DNA of 64,000 nt, from positions 196,432-260,431 of the forward strand of contig JAKMXF010000099.1 of assembly GCA_024704765.1 (NCBI GenBank), given 5' to 3'. The stretch's first letter is position 1; every line of letters begins with the position of its first letter. Position numbers and translations under genes: made by a program. Below are positions 26,283 to 38,592 of the stretch, one piece after another. Origin of the DNA: Oopsacas minuta. Lineage: Eukaryota > Animalia > Porifera. Below the pieces are notes generated by a model. That model saw only the letters and a list, made by a program, of their open reading frames with translations, did no database searches and had not been told where the DNA came from.

Positions 26283-26560
26283 ATGTGGAAAGAAATACTC
26301 CTATCCAATTTCTCTTTGGAACAATTTTTATCTTGTTTCACATGGATTGCCGAGGACAACAAACCTAGTAGAGGCATGGCATCGTGGATTGCAGAGCGTA
26401 TGTTGATGTCATACCCTACAATTAGGAATAACATCGAATGCCTTAAAACCAAGCAAGGAAATGATGAAATTAAACAAATTATATTCGTCCAAGTAGGGAG
26501 GGACTGGCTCAATGTTCTGCCGAGGAATATTTTTACCACAGAAGCTCATTATATGTAATA
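26283..26560 (+). pseudogene. MULE transposase C-terminal fragment
   Basis: The alternate frame reads GLPRTTNLVEAWHRGLQS, matching the MULE RTNN..E.WH motif. Confidence 0.7.
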
Positions 26561-27274
26561 TAGATAGATCATGGATAATACAAATTTGAAATTTCCGCAA
26601 ATTTTTAACTCAAGGCGCATTGTGCCTAGCACATCCCCGTCGCGAAGCTACCAAAAGCATCAATAATTAGCATTTTAATACATGGCTAGATCAGAGATAG
26701 AACGTTGTCGCAGTAACATAGCAATTGAAACGTGGTAGTATTCATATAATCAACAAATTCACATATGAGAAAATTGAAATGCGAAATTCGAAATCAGCGT
26801 ACTTGATTACTGGTCTATTCAACTCAGGATAATAAGTTGGATCTTTATCTCTAGCATACGTTAAATTTACATTGGAATGCATGAAATATGATTAATCATC
26901 AAAATTTTGATAATATACAAAAATTAACGATTTCCTACGTCAGGGGCATAACTAGACCTAACTACGAACATACTTGTTGCGACAGCCAGTTTCAATGTAT
27001 TTGTGGATACTAATGTGATTTCCATTCGATCGATCTGTTCAAGTTCGAAATATTAGCCTCAAAGCTATGTCTCTAAATTTTAATAAATCAAATTGTTACT
27101 CTAACACATGTCCGTTATTAGAACTCAATTCCTTGATTCAATTCCCTACACGTTTAAACTATTCCAATTTTGTAGATTATGAAGAGGGTTATTGGCTGCC
27201 TTTGCCGGGGCTGGGGCCGCGGACCCACATGTTAGACACAGATGTACTGTTCCAAATTTCCTTATTATTTCGTG

Positions 27275-27392
27275 TAGTGGTTCCCAAGCTTTCAGCCGTG
27301 GACCCTCTATACCAATTCATCATATCCTGTGGAACCCCCCCTACTATCTACCGTGAATCATTAAGGGGCCATGGACCCCAGGTTTGAAACCG
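27275..27392. mobile_element. Short hAT (Charlie/MER5-like) MITE
   Basis: TAGTGGTTCCCAAGCTT start, GGACCC repeats, degenerate GTTTGAAACC end. Confidence 0.4.
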
Positions 27393-28199
27393 AAAATTTA
27401 ATGTATTAACCTCAATATTCGCTTTGTTATTATTCAGAACTTGTCTAACATCTCCACCTGTTTTACATTCCATGAATATGTAAATATGCGAAAATGCAGT
27501 GATAGTTGTTGGTGTTCAAGCCATTCTGTTGCATTATATTTGCAGTTGAAAATGTTTAATATGTAAATGAGGATGTCGTACTTATGACATTGGTGGATCT
27601 GTTTTGGCTGAATAGGACCCCCTGACATTTGTTCGGGCGTCTATTTCTGCCCACATCAATTTTGCATAGCTGAAATGGGGGCCCTTCTATAACATTAAGC
27701 TAATCCCTTTGATACAAGTTTAGTATTGTCATTTGATAACCTTCTGGTCTTGTTAGTTCCAGTTAGACAATGTTGTTGATTTTTTGAAATGTCGCACCAT
27801 TTATATCAATTACATATTGTCAACAAATGTATAAATAGTCAGTAATATTCATTCTCTTAATAGTGACACAAAAACGACAATTATATAGATAACTAAGAAT
27901 GGGCCCTGGGAAATTTATGAAAACTGTATGCGCATAGCCGTACATATAGTAGTGGCCCTACAGCAATGAAGAAAATGGATTATTCCGTACAAACAGTTCG
28001 CTTGGACAACACATAGGCCACGATAAGTCTTGGGATTCTAATCAACACGATAATTTTCGGTCGTTCCATACCATCTTATGTTACTAGTTATCTTGAAATT
28101 TGGTTCTCATTGAGAAATGTAAATCATTTTGTAGTCTGTAGAGAGTAATGTAGTATTTCTTAATCGTGAGGAATGTAGATCTCATTTTCTGTCATTTTC

Positions 28200-30150
28200 A
28201 AGAATTTAAGTATTAAGATGACCGAACCCAAAGATGGAAAGAAGCACTTGAACGAATTTCTGGATCAAACATTCCCTATTGGCATTTGAATCTCGACATT
28301 TTACGCATGAAGAACTTGATTTGATTTGGTTATCGATAGTCTTTTGGCAATTCCCTTCGAAAGCTAACACAGATGTCAAGTTTAGCTTCTCTGATTGACG
28401 ACAGCAACTCCAGGACTGGAAGGTGACTTCATAACAATCGGAGCAGAGAGATAGTTTAGTTATTAACTGATTCATCTCCCTTTCGTAACCAAGGAAGTCA
28501 TACCATGCGTTGACAATTTGAACATCTAGTTGTGGAGCTAGCCACGTCCGCAGTTTATTGAATTCAAGATAACTAATATGTGATAATATAGTTTACATGC
28601 CTGGGTTAGAGAAACATTTCCTAACTGAAGCCTCAGAGACTTTATGCGAGTGTAAACTTAGAAAATTGTCAACAGAACAAGTGTTGACTAATTCACTTCC
28701 TTCGAACTCACCATCCCAAGTGACACATGAATCTTCCACCTGATCTGATGTAGGTGAAGGTAGTATAGTACAATCACTGTTTGAGGATACCTAAGAATTT
28801 GCTAGTAACTGTTGAACAACAAAGTGATGAACTATCGTAATATAATTCATGCTCTCTCTTGAGCAGCGAGTGAAAAACTTGAAATCTTCATTCGTGTATT
28901 GGTATTCAGGTATTTTTACCTCAAAACTATCCAAATGACATTGAAACAACAGGTTATACATTTCTTAGGCTGTGTTCCAATTCTGATAGAGTTGATAATT
29001 TGACTTTTCATTGATGTGAGTTTATCAATTGTATCTTGGTGTATTTGTGTATGAGGTGGTATCGTCTCAAATATCGTTACCTCGGAGTCAATGGGTGGTG
29101 CATCTTGAGTTTGTAAATCTCCAATCATGGATCCGTCTATTTCATCCGATAACTCTCAAATTTTGTTGGTATTGCTTCTTGGTTGGTAGAATCTATGGTA
29201 CCCGGTCTCTTCAAGAGCTGAAGTTTGGATCTTTTAAAGCATTATGTAGATTTGCTAAGGGTCAAGTCATTTGACATGAAATTCGCCTCCTTTCTTCTTA
29301 TGGTGTACATTTCGATGAGGAGTATTGAAGGAGATCAGGTAGATTTTCTTATCATGCTATCTCTTCATCAATTCCTTTGAGTGGATTAGAGATTCGCCAG
29401 CTACAGCATTATCGTTAGCTTGTGCAGCCTGCATGGACTCAACCAATTTTGATTTATCTTCACCAGTATCATGCTTATGATTCTTCAACATCGATATCAG
29501 GATAGAGCATTTCAAGATTATCGACCTCTGTTGGTAAACGAGGTTTACGTGATCACTGCATTAATTGAAATGCAAGATACTTGTGGTTTCTTGGGGACTG
29601 ATATTAAATGCAAAGGTGATTTCTTCAATGTAAATTAGCCCATTGAATTTTTTTCATTTAACGATTTCACCAGAGACCTTTTGAGTGCTTTATGGGCAGA
29701 TTAAACTATCATTTGTTTGAATGTGGTATGGGGCTGAGAAAATGAGCTTACAATCATATGCATCATGTTGCCTCTTGGAAATTTGGTTAGTAACTATATC
29801 CAGTTGTCACAAATAATTAGTACTGGAGCTCCTTGTCTACAATGAATGACAAAATCTCCTTTGTTAACTCTCCTGCATGTTTAGATCTGAGGAGGTGAGT
29901 TTTTATTCACATAGTAAAGTGGACCAGCAAGGTCCATTCCTGCACGAAACCACACCTTGGCAGTAATTGGGAGCTTTTAGTGTAGGTTGATCTTTTGGGC
30001 AGCGAATACAATTGTTCACATAAAAGCAAATCTGCTTTAACATTCAGTGCCAAATATACCTATCTTTAGTAATGTTATACGAATAGTGTGGACATTGATG
30101 TCGAATTTTTCGTGGATTTCGCTCAGAATGCTTGGAAATCATCATTTTTA
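28200..30150 (-). pseudogene. Ginger1-like integrase/transposase relic with C-terminal PHD-like and peptidase-like extension
   Basis: Minus strand: YV..CIRC.K Zn region, VWFRAGMDLAGPL, GAPVLIICD, APYHIQTN, ITFAFN; Cys/His cluster ~28850-28960; VNTCSVDNFL ~28680; Cys-rich tail in ORF 28206-28475. Confidence 0.65.
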
Positions 30151-32380
30151 ATAACTAATTTTGAGAATGGAATGTTGTGGCATTCAGATTCGAATGCCAC
30201 AACAGTCCATCCTTAAATGCCTAATAAACTTTGAGGTGTTCAGAATATATTCATTTGGTTAGTCAATTAAGTATAGATTTGGGGGTAGTTACACAAATCG
30301 TTACCTTAGTACTATAAAGCCTTACTATTAGAAAACATGGGTTACTTGAAGTCCAATAATTTGATACGCATATAATTTTATTCACGATTATACAAAGTTG
30401 GTGCATTTTGCCCATAAATGCTGTGTCAACCGATGAGTCCCAAGTCAAAATCACGTCATCTGATTTGCTAAAACAGTAATAAGTTGTTAAAATGTAAATT
30501 TTAAATTCTATCAAAGGCTCAATATCTCATAGTAGACTTCACGATATTGATTTTTAGATATTTTGTATCAAAACATCTTTAGGCCAATTGGTTTGTAGAA
30601 TTAACACCAATTGGCCTAATGATGTTTAGATATACGGCATTCACATTCGATATTCATGTTTAATAAGACTGCAACAAATTTTATTTTGGATTAAAAAAAG
30701 AACGTGATTAGGTATATAGTCTATTAGGATCTTCTGATTCCGAAATTGAATACAGTTTTGTTCAATTACACAACATACCATATAAATCAAAGGTTTACCA
30801 AATACAGAGCTATTCTCATAGGTTTTACATGACTAGTTGATATTTAAGTTTGAAAAATGACAACATAATAAAATTTTTGGTTAATAATAATCTTAGGTTT
30901 TTGAGTAACGACAACATATCAAATTTGGACTAATGCATATATATGAATTTGGGCTAATGAAGGCGCCTCGGTTGTTCCCCACCACAAATAATTGATATTT
31001 AAATATTTTGCTGAATCAAATTCCATTGTGTCTGCCACAATTGACAATTTAAGCGAATTTTTTATGGTGTTAAATCCACTTAACTGTCACAATTATGATT
31101 CAATGCAATTATTTTTTATATATTCGTGATCACTGCAAAATACCTAGTCGTTCAAGTAAACACTTCAACACGTTTTATCCATAGCAACGCAAAATATACA
31201 AGGAATGTAACAACATCCATTCAAAAAATTTGTCTTGACCATGTAGAGTGACCTTTTTTCAATGTCAATAGGCTTGCTGAATCTACTTATGGCCATATCA
31301 ACCCTCTAAACTAACTATTAAAATGTATTGCCTGATTGATCAACGTGGTATCTCAAATTTGATGTTATAATTTGGATTACGAAATTGGTGTTTTTCGAAG
31401 TCTTTATCTCATAAGCTATCCAAAAATATTTAGAGTAATAAATCCCCTCATAATCCCCCAACGAAATTACATAAGTAACTTGACTAGTATGAAAAGTGAC
31501 AGTTTGGACCCTAAATTCTAAGCGTCTCATGCTCAGCACAGAAAATTATAATATGATCTGAAAAATCACAATAATTAAGATTCTGTGATAGTGAACGTTA
31601 CTCAATTGCTTAAGTCAAAATCGATAGCAATTATCGTTACTTGTACAATTAGAAATATATCATTAATTGGAAATATTTTATCTCACAGATGAGATGTAAC
31701 CTCCAATTCAAGTCCAATTCGATGGAAAAAGTGTGGTCAGATGTGATAGTGATCAATACGTGTTCAAGGGTGTATAGTACTTCATGGTAGTTTAGTTGAA
31801 GACTATTCCTTATGATGTAAAAGCAATACAATTTTGAGCTTACTTTCCTTGAGGTCTACAAAGGAATCTAGAACTGTATTCAATCCCAGGCTTAGGAAAA
31901 ATTTATGTTTCAGGAGTAATTGCAGACACCAATTCAACTAACATGAACTCTTTTAACGTTTTGTAAAGATTTTCCTCATGATAGAAATATTCCATCCAGA
32001 ACGCTTCCGATTCTGCAAAACATATATTCTTGATGACAACATACACATAGTTAAGAATATTTATCGCTGGATTAACTGGACTACATATTCATATCGGAAG
32101 TCCTATTTGAAGATCATGACCGTTGTATCTAGCGATACCGCAAAGGTCATCACTTGTGTTTCATGATACTATATATTCCTATTCTCTGCTCAAAGAGGGT
32201 CAGTTTTGATGAATGTATTGGAATGCTGAATCAAGATCCTGTGACAAATTACTATACACAATCGCTATACCAATTTTAATATCTTTTTATAATTTTACTA
32301 TGCAGACCATACTACATAGTGTTGTGGCTCAGTACTAAAATGGTTGACTTTCTATAAATACGCATAAGTATGTTTATATA

Positions 32381-32480
32381 CAGTCGAAACCGGTTTTTCT
32401 CACACAGGGTTCTCCTGCTTATCGTTTTTTCTTACTATATTTTCGTGTGGAGAAATAGTAAGGAAAAACCCTTTCTACTG
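32381..32480. mobile_element. Tiny Tigger-like MITE
   Basis: CAGTCGAAACCGGTTTTTCT versus reverse complement CAGTAGAAAGGGTTTTTCCT. Confidence 0.4.
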
Positions 32481-32917
32481 CATTAGTATATATATTTGAG
32501 TCATTCCATTAAAATTCGACCAATCGTCCTAACATGAAGATCTCAAGTTAATCTAATAGCATATAATAACTTTATCCCATTAGCCTTCAATTCCCTTCGG
32601 TTATAAAGTTGTTGTTTATCTAAATTCAATGGGTATTATGATAGACAGATTATTTTTGAGTATCTTGTACTTTCTAGATCTTTCAGTAAATATTGTCGTG
32701 AAGCAACAAATCAACATTTATGATCAATAATTTGCTAATAAATTTCAAAATCTAATATACACTATGTATAGATTGCGTTAGATATTTCATTTGTTGTATT
32801 CATGCGCGAATTGTATAAACATATCAAATTCGAAATAATATCATTGGAATTGACTGTGGCCATTTCTTTCCAGTCCCTTCGGTGACAGCTATAAACAAGT
32901 TTGGCAGTATATATATA

Positions 32918-34260
32918 CAGTAGTGGCTAAATTAAGTGCACCAAGAGGTGCAATTAATTTGGTCACATATTTTAAACGCCGTATTGCCTTGTTTGTTCTA
33001 TTAATATTTAATTTGAGCACCTTTGCTCTTGATAACATCTAAAATGCGTTTAGGCATAGACTTTAATAATTTTCACAAATTTTCTGATTTTCTGGGTCAC
33101 TTTTCTACACCTCGACAACAGATTTTATAACGTTCTCCTTGCCGGTGTAATCAAAATTTTGCAGACGACTCTTTATATTGGCCCAGAGGTTTTCAATCGG
33201 TGCACTATCGGGGGAGTTGCCTGGCCACTCCATAATCTTGATGTTGCTTACTTCGTAATGCCTCTGTACTGCCTTGCACGTGTGGCATGGGGCTAGATCC
33301 TGTTGGAGAACATAATCTCCATTTGGAAAGTGTTCTTGGAGCTGGGGTTTGATTCTGCTGTCGATAACATCCATGTACTTGGCGGAGTTCATCATACCTT
33401 CGCATATGTGTAATTGTCCCGTACCCTGGGCACTGAAGCAACACCAAAACATGACTTTTTCTGGGTGTTTGACTTGCTGGCTCATATGAGCTGGACGAAT
33501 GGGGGATTTGGTAGCCTTTTTTACGACCTTAACCTGCTGAGCCTGCAAATAAATACCTGATTCATCTTTGAAGAGGACCTGCAAACCACCTGTAGTAAGT
33601 TTCTACTATGGAAATATTAAGGTTATAAACATGAAATAACTTACTTTTCACCAATCATCGAGCGGTCAAGTTCGCTGGTTCTTTGCCCATTTGAGTCGGT
33701 GTTGGCACATGACCTTGGTTAGCAGCTGTTTTTCATTGGAGTGCAGGCCTTGCGTCCTTCGTCGTAAAGTATGCGGCGGACAGTCCAAGCGCTTACATCT
33801 AAGCCCAAATTATGCTTAATCTGATTCGGAAGGGCTTTGCAGTTTTTCCTAGTAGCAGTAAGGACCATTTGCCTTTCTTGCTCAGTGGTTTTGCCCTCCG
33901 TCCACAGTGTCCAGGCCGTTGAGTTTTAAGATTACCAGTTTCTTTGACTTTTTTAAATATTCTAACAACCGTTAAGTGACTGACACAACATTCCGGAGCG
34001 ATTTCTCGAACGGTTTTACTCATGTACTGACGCAGAATTAATATTTTCTGCATCACCAAGAGTGGAGGGTCCATAGCTAATCTTAGTCTAATTGTAAAAA
34101 ATTATATTCATGACTGAGTCAATATTGTAGATCTCCCTTTACATGTTTTTGTCATTATGAGATCAATAACTGGAGTCCTTGGGCAACTGCAAATAGATGC
34201 CTAGTTATAATGGTAAATAGAGTTAAACCTATCTTGGTGCAATTAATTTGGCCACTACTG
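32918..34260 (-). mobile_element. Tc1 (DD34E) transposon with a 66-nt intron (33579-33644)
   Basis: 29-bp TIRs CAGTAGTGG(C/T)..AAATTAA(G/T)TGCACCAAGA; TA TSD; QQDLAPCH followed by 34 residues to SPDSAPIE; a GTAAGT..TTGCAG intron splits DDW*K|VLFKDES. Confidence 0.93.
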
Positions 34261-34562
34261 TATATACATCATCTGTACTAGCATGTTTCGCTTGCTAGGT
34301 CGCTGCAGGACAACTTAGTGCTCCAAATTAGCCTAAGTATTAAACAACCAAAGTTTTATAGTGTCATTGATGGCTGAATTCACAGAATTTGAAGCACGTG
34401 TCTAAGAAAATTACATTCAATGGCCTGCTGTAGTGATAGTAGAGATCCTTTGTCGCTTTTGGTTAGTAATCTAGGAGTTTGATTTGTGCCTCTGCCATTC
34501 TGAAATTTTTGTTTGTTGTAATTTGAAAAACTATGCATGATGAGTTGGCTTTGAAGTTTGGG

Positions 34563-36912
34563 CAGGGGTTTTCAACCAGTGGGTCGTGGAAGGAGGAATT
34601 TTTACTGAATTTCAGTGATTCTATTACTATTAATTTGTGGTTAGTGTCGCATTGCGTAATTAGAAACCCTATTGTCATTATATGACATCATTGAATTGAT
34701 TATGAAATAACATAAAAGAAATAGAATCTTGAAGGAATACATACAATTCGTGACATGTCATGAATTGTAATGGCACGAATTGTAATGTTACGAATTGTAT
34801 GTATTCCAATATTGAAGTGTAATATTTTATTAAACAACCTATGCAGTCCAGGCTTGTATGTACAACAAAGAATTATATAAAGATATTTCCAGGCCTTTCA
34901 ACTTTAACAAGTCCTTCTAATTGTATTTTTACTTAAATGGCAACTAAACGTGCTCTGAAGAGTGCTTACTCAGATGATTATCTGAAATTTGGATTCACAA
35001 GTATAGTAATTGAATGTATTGACAAACCACAATGCGTGATATATCTGAAAGTATTATTTGGAGAGTCTATGAAGCCGTTTCAGCTTAAAAGACATTTTGA
35101 GAAAGAACATCCAACATATAATGACCGAGATGTTTCTTTCTTCTAAAGACAATCTCAATCTGTCAAGAAATCTAGACTTGATACAACAGGACAGACAGCT
35201 ATCACTATAAGAGCCACAGTTGAAGCATCATATGTTGTGTCACTACGTATTTATAAATCTAAGAAACCCCATACTATTGGTGAAGAGGTAGTTTTGCCCT
35301 GCACGAAAGACATTGTGCGCATAATGATTGGAGAGATGCAGTAAAAAAACTAAGTTCGCTGTCAATTTCAGATAACACTGTTCAGCGCAGAATTCAAGAA
35401 ATGTCAGAGGATATTAAGAACCAAGTTGTGGAGCAAATCAAACAGTCACCCATCTTTGTTTTGCAATTAGATGAGTCAACTGATGTTTCTTCTTGTGCTC
35501 AGCTGATGATATATGTACGTTATATCCACGATTCTAACTTCAAAGAAGAGTTCCTGTTTTGTCACTCACTTGATTCTTAAACACGTGGAATTGATGCTTT
35601 CAACAAAGTAGACACCTTTTTTGTAAAAGAAGGTCTCGATTGGAAAAAAGTTGGGGCTGTTTGCACAGATGGCGCTCCTTCTATGTTGGGAAGCCATTCT
35701 GGGTTCCAGATACGCGTTAGACAGTTTGTCCCAGATGTGATAACAAATCACTGTATGATTCACCGAGAAGCCCTTGCAGCGAAGACTTTGACAGCCTCGC
35801 TAAATGTTATCTTGCAGGAGGTAATTAAAATAGTCAATTTCGTTAAAAGTAGCGCACTCAACACTCGTCTCTTCAGAAATTTTTGTTTAGATATGGATGC
35901 TGCGCATATGAATTTGTTATATCACACTGAAGTTAGATGGCTTTCAAAGGGCAATGTTTTGAAACGTGTTCTAGACCTCAAGGAAGAAACAACAGAATTT
36001 TTAAAACTCCAAAAGCGGACGCATTGGCATGATTTATTCGAAATCACGAATGGATTACTAGACTTTGTTATCTTTGCGATATTTTTGAAAGACTCAATAC
36101 TCTGAACCTCTCATTGCAAGGTAAAGATAGTAATATTATGGATTTTGTAGACAAGCTTTCTGCCTTTCAAGCAATGCTTGACCTCTGGAGAAAGAAGATA
36201 CATAGTGGTAGGATTACAATGTTTTCTCACCTCTGTAGCTATGTTGAAGATTGCGAAATTAGTATCAGCGAAGCTTTGCAAAATGACATTGCAACGCATT
36301 TGCAATCACTTAAAGATGAATTCTCTAGATACTTTCCAGAAGCAACAAAATCCAAATTTAATCTTGTTCGAAATGCTTTTCTGGCCAAAATAGATGACTA
36401 CATTCCTGATAATCACGATGCAGCACAGGAGGATTTCATCAAACCTGTAAACGATTCAGGAGCACAAACATTATTTTCAAGAGTTGATTTGCCATCTTTT
36501 TGGAGTTCTGTGCTTGGCAGCTATCCAATAGTATCACAGATTGCCCTGAAGTTACTCATGCCATTCCCATCAACTTATTTGTGTGAAGCGGCGTTTTCTA
36601 GTATGCTAGTAATCCAATCTAAGGCTAGAAATAGACTTGATGTCGAACCAGATCTACGCTGCTGCTTAGCAATAACACAGCCTAGAATTCAAATGCTAGT
36701 TGATGAAAAACAACATCAAAAATCACATTAAATAATCATGTGTGACAATTATTAGTATTGTAGATGTGGTAAATTTACATTAGAATAATATATACGAGTT
36801 AAGTACATACATTTTGAAATTTACGTTTTGGTTATGCCTTCATCGAGTGGGGCGCGAACGCTTTAAAAAGTTGGAAAGTGAGTCGTGGTCAGAAAAGGGT
36901 TGAAAACCCCTG
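34563..36912 (+). mobile_element. hAT Buster-type (ZBED8/SCAND3-like) transposon, ORF about 34937-36731 with stops and frameshifts
   Basis: Perfect 15-bp TIR CAGGGGTTTTCAACC/GGTTGAAAACCCCTG; motifs YLKFGF, LQLDESTD, TDGAPSM, HCMIHR, HTEVRWLSKG, PSTYLCEAAFS. TSD not conserved. Confidence 0.93.
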
Positions 36913-36984
36913 ATTTATGAAAAGGGGACAAATCCGTGCGAAATAATGAGGGGCCCTGGATTTTGACAAGAGGAGACATCTGTT

Positions 36985-38031
36985 TGTATATCACACGATA
37001 AATCAATATAAGGATACCGGAAGAATACGAAACAGGTCAAGGGGCGGACTTACCACCTCGATTTTTACCACCAGAATGAGGAAGGTCGTACGATCTCGGG
37101 ACGGCTAAATCTCAGAAAATCGATGCGAAAGATATCATCAGAGCTCGGAATTGGGGTAGCTCGGTGAGTAAGATTATATAGAAGGACTTAGGACTATTTT
37201 GTTACAAGTTAAGGAAAGTTCACTTCCTTTCCAACATGATTCAACAAAAGCGGCTTTCACGAAGGAAATCACTTATCATGCGGTTAGCGGTTAGCGGTAT
37301 AGAGAATATTCTTTACACCGACGAGAAATTATTCACAATTGAGTGGGCTTATTATCGTCAAAATGATCCGATGCTTTCTCTTTCATAGTCTGCAATCCCA
37401 GATAATCTCAAATACGTAAAACAACTCAAAAGCTGGCTTCCGTGATGGTTTGGCCCAGAATTTCGGCGGTGGGCCGCACCCCACTAATTCTCGTACCTTG
37501 TGAGGCCAAAATTAACTCAACAACCTACAAAGATTTGATTTTAGAACCTGTTGTGAAATATCTGATCGAAACAATGTTACATAACCAGTCATTCTTGTTT
37601 CACCAAGATGGTTCACCAGCTCATACCTGAAAGGTTGCTCAGGCCTGGTTCCAGGATTACACTCCTGATTTCATCTCAAAAGAAGAATCGCCCCCCTCTA
37701 GCCCGGATCTTAACCCGATGGACTTTTCAATTTGTGGGATACTAAAACAAATCCCTGCGTTGAATCTCACATGAATATCCAGTCGCTCAAGAGGTGTTTG
37801 TGCTAGGAATGGGCGAAAATCCCTCAAGAAGCCCTGCGTGCCGCGATTGAGTCCGTTCCCGGACGTCTCCAAGCTGTCCTTAGGAAACAAGGAGGGTACA
37901 TTTAGAAATTTTTGAATAGTTTGAGATCATTTAAATCATAGTAATGAACTAGGACCTCAACAAATTCTAGATACACTAGGGTAACAATATGGACCATGTT
38001 TTCGATGTATCAAAAATTAAAAGCCACCCTG
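36985..38031 (+). mobile_element. maT-like (DD37D) Tc1/mariner, 5'-truncated
   Basis: FTDEKLF, HQDGSPAH, PPSSPDLNPMDF; right TIR AAAAGCCACCCTG followed by TA at 38032. Confidence 0.85.
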
Positions 38032-38592
38032 TATGTATGTGTTGTAGCGTAGAAGCTAATTTGGTGTTAACACCAAACTCACTCCTACACTGCAACATAT
38101 ACAAGATGAGGTCAACGTTTAGCATTAGGGGGCAACTCTCAGTTGAAGAATGAAGCCACCGCAGCCGACAATTTTTGTTTAGAGAAACCTTAGTATTTTC
38201 CAGGTGTGCAGAGTGCCAAAAGGCTCCTGGTTCTCACTTCAACTCTATATCCATATTAACATTCTACCAAAACTCTGGTAACAAATGCATAGTCTACGTG
38301 TGTCAAATAGATGAACATTCCATACCAGTGGTATAATCCTTAAAGTTTGGTAAAAATATAGAGAAGGGTCAAACATGAATTCCATACAATTCGTGTTCAA
38401 GTTCCTCCGAATATTCATTATCATGCTAATGCTTTGCAAAATATATGTTATTTGATAGAATGTCATGAAATACATGGACTAACATGTTAGAGTACTAATA
38501 CAATTATCAAATCCTAACACCTTCTGTCCAAGTATTGTAAATTATATAATATTTATATACGATACTGTCCGTGTTTTACATTTTGGAGAATT

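Noticed and set aside
26618-26624. CATTGTG as the right TIR of RAG1L relic B
   Set aside because: Only the heptamer resembles the 21221 candidate. The inner sequence and the 5-bp flank (cctag versus cactg) do not match.
30150-32350. AT-rich stretch with short ORFs
   Set aside because: No TIR pair, motif or convincing splice pattern found; probably very old repeat debris.
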